Shown one piece after another: positions 59,264 to 64,000 of a stretch of 64,000 bases of DNA. The DNA comes from Sphaeroforma arctica JP610 (lineage: Eukaryota): the NCBI RefSeq assembly GCF_001186125.1, contig NW_014040531.1, positions 151,744 through 215,743 on the forward strand. Direction: 5' to 3'. The first letter of the stretch is position 1, and each line of letters starts with the position of its first letter. Under the pieces are notes generated by a model, which was not told the DNA's origin, made no database searches, and worked only from the letters and a program-made list of their open reading frames with translations. The position numbers and the translations under genes are program-made.

Positions 59264-60587
59264 ATGAATTGTAGACGTGTAAATGATCATCTATTTGGTA
59301 GAAAGTTCAAGGCAATGTTTGGCGCCTCAGCACTGGTAGTCACGATCATTTACGATAAGCTGACAACGCTACTTCACACCCGTGCTACACCAACATATCT
59401 GTTAATGGGTATGCACTTCTTAGCATGCTACCCAAAGGATGATGTCGGGGCATCAACATTCAGAGTCGCCACAAAGACATATAATAAATGGCATTCGTAC
59501 GTCGTCGAGCAGATAGACAGACTGACCGGGATCGTATGTTAGCGTGTGTTTAAAACTTTAGTATGTGTTTATTATGTGTGATATCACCAGTCAATCAGTA
59601 TAATGCAATAAATGTTGTCTCCACTGATCTGGCTACAAACTGACACTACATGAGACGTGTTTCGCGATAGATTTTGGCAGAAAATCATACTCATGTTTCA
59701 TGATACTATAGATTACCAATTGGTGCATGTTGACATGGCAGTGTGTGTGTTCAAACTTATTTGTTTGCATGCGGGATGTCGGGATGTCAAATTTGGGATT
59801 GTCTTGCATAAAGTTCTAAGTCGAGCTGGGAGAATATTGATACGCTTATCTGCGAATTGTGAATTACAAACAAATTTTGATGAGATTTGAACTCTACATG
59901 TAATAAGTGGTGTATCCTACATCAACTATATTGGCTTAGCATTTGTGGAAATTTAAACCGCTGGTGTATTGCATAGCTCACAGCATACAAAACCTTCGTG
60001 TGCACATTCTGCAGTGAATTATTGCAACCAACACTTGAACCCTTTGCAACACATATCTCACACAGGTAGTATGCGAAGATCGAAAGTTGTTGTTGGATCC
60101 CGATGATATGTCAAATAAGTTTGTTACGGTGGACGGAATTAATTGCAATGTTCCTGAAGCCCATCCTTTTCGAGCCTCATTGATGTCTCACAAAACGAGA
60201 CACGTCGCTTATACATACGAATTAATAATTTGAATCAGAGCTGGGGATATTTGCCTCGTCAACAGGGGGTTTGTAGCCGGGACAGCTGACATCACTCTAT
60301 CGCGAGATTGCCTAGTTTATATGCTTGACGAGGGAGAGAAAATCGTTGCAGATAAGGGATACTTCCTCACGTCCTTAGAAGCTACAGTTGAGAACGCGGC
60401 AGCAAACGCAATGATGAAGCGCTGGCGTGCCCGACATGAAACAGCTAACGGCAGAAAGCGTAGTTTCTATATTCTCAAAAACGCATTCCGCGCCTCCAGG
60501 TTGAAGCATTCAATATATTTTATGGCCGTTGCAATTATCGTGCAACTGTCTATTCGCAGCGGTCATCCTCTCTTTGATAAGCGTTGA
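59264..60587 (+). pseudogene. DDE_Tnp_4/Harbinger-like transposase, at least 2 exons (59264-59533, 60066-60587), one in-frame TGA at 60231-60233
   Basis: Exon 1 is HTH-like (KFKAMFG...YLLMGMHFLACYP...KTYNKW). A phase-0 GT-AG intron follows. Exon 2 has VTVDG, SHK, YE, IVADKGY and RARHETANGR, consistent with a D-D-E triad. An AG acceptor just upstream of 59264 suggests a further 5' exon. Confidence 0.85.
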
Positions 60588-61940
60588 TCTCGGACCACAG
60601 CGCAATCTGGACACAATTTCAAAGTCAGGCAATACTATGCAGTACTACACGAGCGGTGACACGCGTACATTGCTGTATTCTCGTATCCTGATTCATAAAT
60701 ATCATGCATACGTGTTATGCATGCTCTATTTTTCTATATTCAACTATATCATACGAGCAGACCCATGCATGTTGGTATCGCAGAGGCCCATGTGTGTTGG
60801 TATCGAAGAGATGCTCACAACACACACACAGCCTCCTTAAGGCCAAGAGCGGTTGATGAAAAACACATATAAATATCCTAGCCGAACATATAAAGGTATA
60901 CTGCACCCATCCATTGATTGTGTATGACACACGTAATATCGACTAAAAAGGTCTTGATCTGGTCTTGAAAATTTGATACTTGGTTTGAGTGTCACATTAT
61001 CAATCTCGAGATTTGAAATGTGCCGGCAAACTACCAAAGTCAATGACAAACCCTTGGTTCGATTTGGGTGTAATTTGGTCCCAATACAATAACGATCAGA
61101 GGGCAGTTTTCATATATATTTTTTATTTTGGAATTTACGGCTCGCTCCAGGTACAAATTATACTGAAAATACCTAACTCGGAGAATCTCCGAGTTCGCAA
61201 TGTGGACTGGTGATATAGGAAAATACGTATATAGTGGAATAGAATGTATTCAGTTTTCGTGCCAGTGGTCAAGACCCGTGAACGGTTTTATGTTGGATAT
61301 CAACCGCAATATTATTGGTGGATTGAATATTCCCGGGAAAAAAATCATTAAAAAACAATATTGAAAATAATGCATATTTTAAAATAGAAAAAGAGTACAT
61401 TTATTAGGTTCGTGGCTTACGGTTTGTAAACGCCCGAAACGGGTCGGGTTTGGGAATGAATAATACTAAAAACAGGCCTAAATAGAGTGGTTTCATTTTT
61501 AAATCGAGCCCATATATCGATATGGAATAAAAGAGTTAAAGACTATTTTTTAAAGTGTAACAGCTTTAGTTTTTAGCTTTTTTTGCCAATTTGAGACCCA
61601 GAGTCCCAGTCTGGGACCAGACTCACCCAGCAAGTATACAAAAAGGCACCATACAGAAAATACGGTATGGTGCATTGGTACCAGCGTAAATCAATACTGT
61701 TTGTTATCAGTTGCCAGTTGTTGTCTATGAATTTAGATTTTAGACCGCCAACTGCTCCTCTGAAAACATGCTGTTTGAAAATCGTCCAAAAACCGGACGG
61801 ACAATGGTTATTAGTATAGTTTTTTTTTTTCAACAAAAGGCTCAGATATTTTACCAATATTTCTATTTACATGTTTATGAACAAAATGAATCACCCCTCT
61901 GATTAAGCGCTTTCAGTCCCCGCGGCTTCCCAGTCGTGTT

Positions 61941-62029
61941 TTATCACTGAAAGCGTAAGCTTTTCTAAGTCCCTGTCAACTTTATCACTGAAATCGTAAG
62001 CTTTTCTAAGTCCCTGTCAACTTTATCAC
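61941..62029. repeat. 40-bp direct repeat, two copies plus a partial third
   Basis: TTATCACTGAAA(T)CGTAAGCTTTTCTAAGTCCCTGTCAACT repeated. Confidence 0.85.
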
Positions 62030-62329
62030 CGATTTTTTGTCCGTCGCCAAAAAACGTCGGTGACGCTAAAATATCCGGCTGAACCTTATAAATCCGACTG
62101 AAAAAGGTCCGTGACGCTTTTTTTCCGGCTGGAATGGGTTTTGCCCATTTGAGACCCTATACAAAATAATAGATAGGCTCGAATAAGAATGTCTGAATAT
62201 AACCAAGTAAATTACCCCTATATTTAAGAACTTTCTGTCCTCGCGGCGCCCTAATTATAGTTATACACCAACCTTGAATTTGCATTGCAGTCAGACATCA
62301 CGAGATCAGACACGAGATCAGACATCACG

Positions 62330-62795
62330 ATGGGTGTAAAGGATCTTATGAGATATTTACGCCCGTACATGACCACTCTTGATTGCAATAAAACAGTAGG
62401 TAGTGTGGCCATCGATATGTCCTTCTTAATTCGTACCCATCCATCCCCCCATGCTAAAAACAATAGTGTTGTACAAGGACTGGGATTCCTTTCTGGTACA
62501 CATGGAAGGATGCATCAATCTGACCATAGAGTGGGGAAGTTCGACGCTTTCACCAATATGTGTATTTGATGGGCATCGCATACAAGGTAAGCTAGTCAAT
62601 AAAAGCCGCTCTGCAATCAGAAGTGAAAGGCTTGAGCTAGTAAAGAAATACATAGATGAAAGAAAGTCGAGAGATCAGCTAGAAGACTTCGACATAGATG
62701 CAGCTTGTAGAGTTTTTGTTGGGTCAGAGAATATCACGAGTGCGCGATAAATAATGCGTCTATTGAAAAGAATGAATGTACACTATATACACGAC
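62330..62795 (+). pseudogene. N-terminal fragment of an XPG/FEN1/Exo1-family (PIN-fold) 5' nuclease
   Basis: MGVKDLMRYL...VAIDMS, a frameshift near 62455-62460, then PICVFDG..K......R...R. After a stop at 62748-62750 it reads IMRLLKRMNVHYI and is truncated just before the expected EAD motif. Confidence 0.75.
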
Positions 62796-63306
62796 GCCAC
62801 TGTCGCCAGCTTCTCACACTGACTAAACTTGAGCCACAGACCCGCGTAGAGTTTAGTACAAGCAACCAGCCAGTCCGGGTCAGCCCTCATGGCTGGCAAC
62901 ATCTTACCTTGTAATGTCATGAAAAATCCTGGCTAATAGCCTCGGACCTTCTCCGTGGCTTGGCCAGCACCTAAGCCCGTATACGCAACCATTGTCCTCA
63001 CCAGGTCCACGTATTCGTTCCAAGCCCACAAATTGTCGGACTCGCCACTTAAATAAGCCAAGACTTCAAATTAGACTCCATGTATAAACGTACTCTTAGG
63101 CAGAACGCAAAATATAAACGNNNNNNNNNNNNNNNNNNNNNNNNNNNNNNNNNNNNNNNNNNNNNNNNNNNNNNNNNNNNNNNNNNNNNNNNNNNNNNNN
63201 NNNNNNNNNNNNNNNNNNNNNNNNNNNNNNNNNNNNNNNNNNNNNNNNNNNNNNNNNNNNNNNNNNCATACTTGCCATTTTTGAAATAAATAATATTATC
63301 CCTATG

Positions 63307-64000
63307 AAGGTCACAATGGCGTGTGCGTGCTTGTATATAGCCCATGTGTATTTTCTGACAGTATTTATTGCAGTTGTCACCACTTTAGATGTTAGATGTT
63401 GCTTCTTGTTCTGACTTAAATACGATCGTTTATGCACGTCTTGTTATTCCCTACTGCAATACCGTTGGATACATAAGTCATACGTATATACGTGCACCAT
63501 TGCGACTACGGTGTGTACTTGCTCACATTCGACAGGTCTTCATCAAACCGACTAGTGATTGGGAAGTATGATATAGAGCCCTGCCCTCCATTCACCTACC
63601 AGATTATCTCTTAAGGGTTGCATTGTGTATAGGCTAGCGATGTGTGTACACATGGGGCCATGAAGGATAGTAATCTCTTCGTTGAAGTTTAGATAGTATG
63701 ATTTTTTTTGTATGACGTGAGCTGGTATTGCATATACTTATTTATTGAGTTTATGTATACTATCGTATTGTGTGCTTATGAAATAGTATGAATGTTGTCC
63801 TGTTAGATATGGCGCTAGAATATATGATGAGCTTATATGGTGTAGCTTACAGTTATGTACAGCTGTGCGGTTCTATGTAGATCAGCCTACAGTTAGAGGG
63901 GAGCACTACATCGACAATCTGTATATCGTTCTCTACAGTTTTGTATAGCATGTAGTAGCACGTATTCAATACGGCATACCTTAATGATGATCATGTGCAC
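63307..64000 (+). repeat. Near-identical direct copy of 56884-57571 (transposon interior); probably a second copy of the element running off the window
   Basis: Colinear match from AAGGTCACAATGG to ...AATGATGA..CATGTGCAC with scattered substitutions and small indels. Confidence 0.92.

Larger units (their letters stand above)
51733..61212. mobile_element. ~9.5 kb TIR DNA transposon of the PIF/Harbinger (PHIS, IS5-like) group, decayed
   Basis: Left end CACCAGTCCACCTTGAACCCGGAGACTCTCCGAGTT. The right end reverse-complements to CACCAGTCCACATTGCGAACTCGGAGATTCTCCGAGTT. Flanks are TATAT and ATATA (AT- or TA-type TSD). It encloses a DDE transposase gene. Confidence 0.85.

Noticed and set aside
60231..60233. 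Selenocysteine or readthrough at the transposase TGA
   Set aside because: No SECIS-like element was recognised, and neighbouring cargo genes are also decayed, so a nonsense mutation is simpler.

Overview
Intron-rich eukaryotic genomic DNA with GT-AG introns, long (TA)n/(TG)n microsatellites and five N gaps. The gene content suggests a unicellular holozoan such as an ichthyosporean; this is inference only. The left two-thirds is a housekeeping block: the first exon of a polyQ-rich protein (minus), a 3-exon MRPL52-like gene head-to-head with a 12-exon YME1L/FtsH i-AAA protease, the 3' five exons of a GOSR1/Gos1 SNARE, and a C18orf32/DUF4512-like microprotein head-to-head with a ~20 kb, 30+ exon PDS5 gene. 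The right third is accessory or mobile DNA: a secreted Cys-rich two-domain gene broken by two compensating frameshifts, small TIR-bounded units inside GCAGACT repeats, a ~9.5 kb TIR-bounded PIF/Harbinger(PHIS)-like transposon (51733-61212), a decayed XPG/FEN1-type nuclease fragment, and a second copy of the transposon interior at the window end. The transposon is the best candidate for an undescribed system: it carries a spliced DDE transposase plus two apparently related cargo genes that resemble neither Myb/SANT nor YqaJ partners. All homology calls come from motif recognition by eye; no database search was run.
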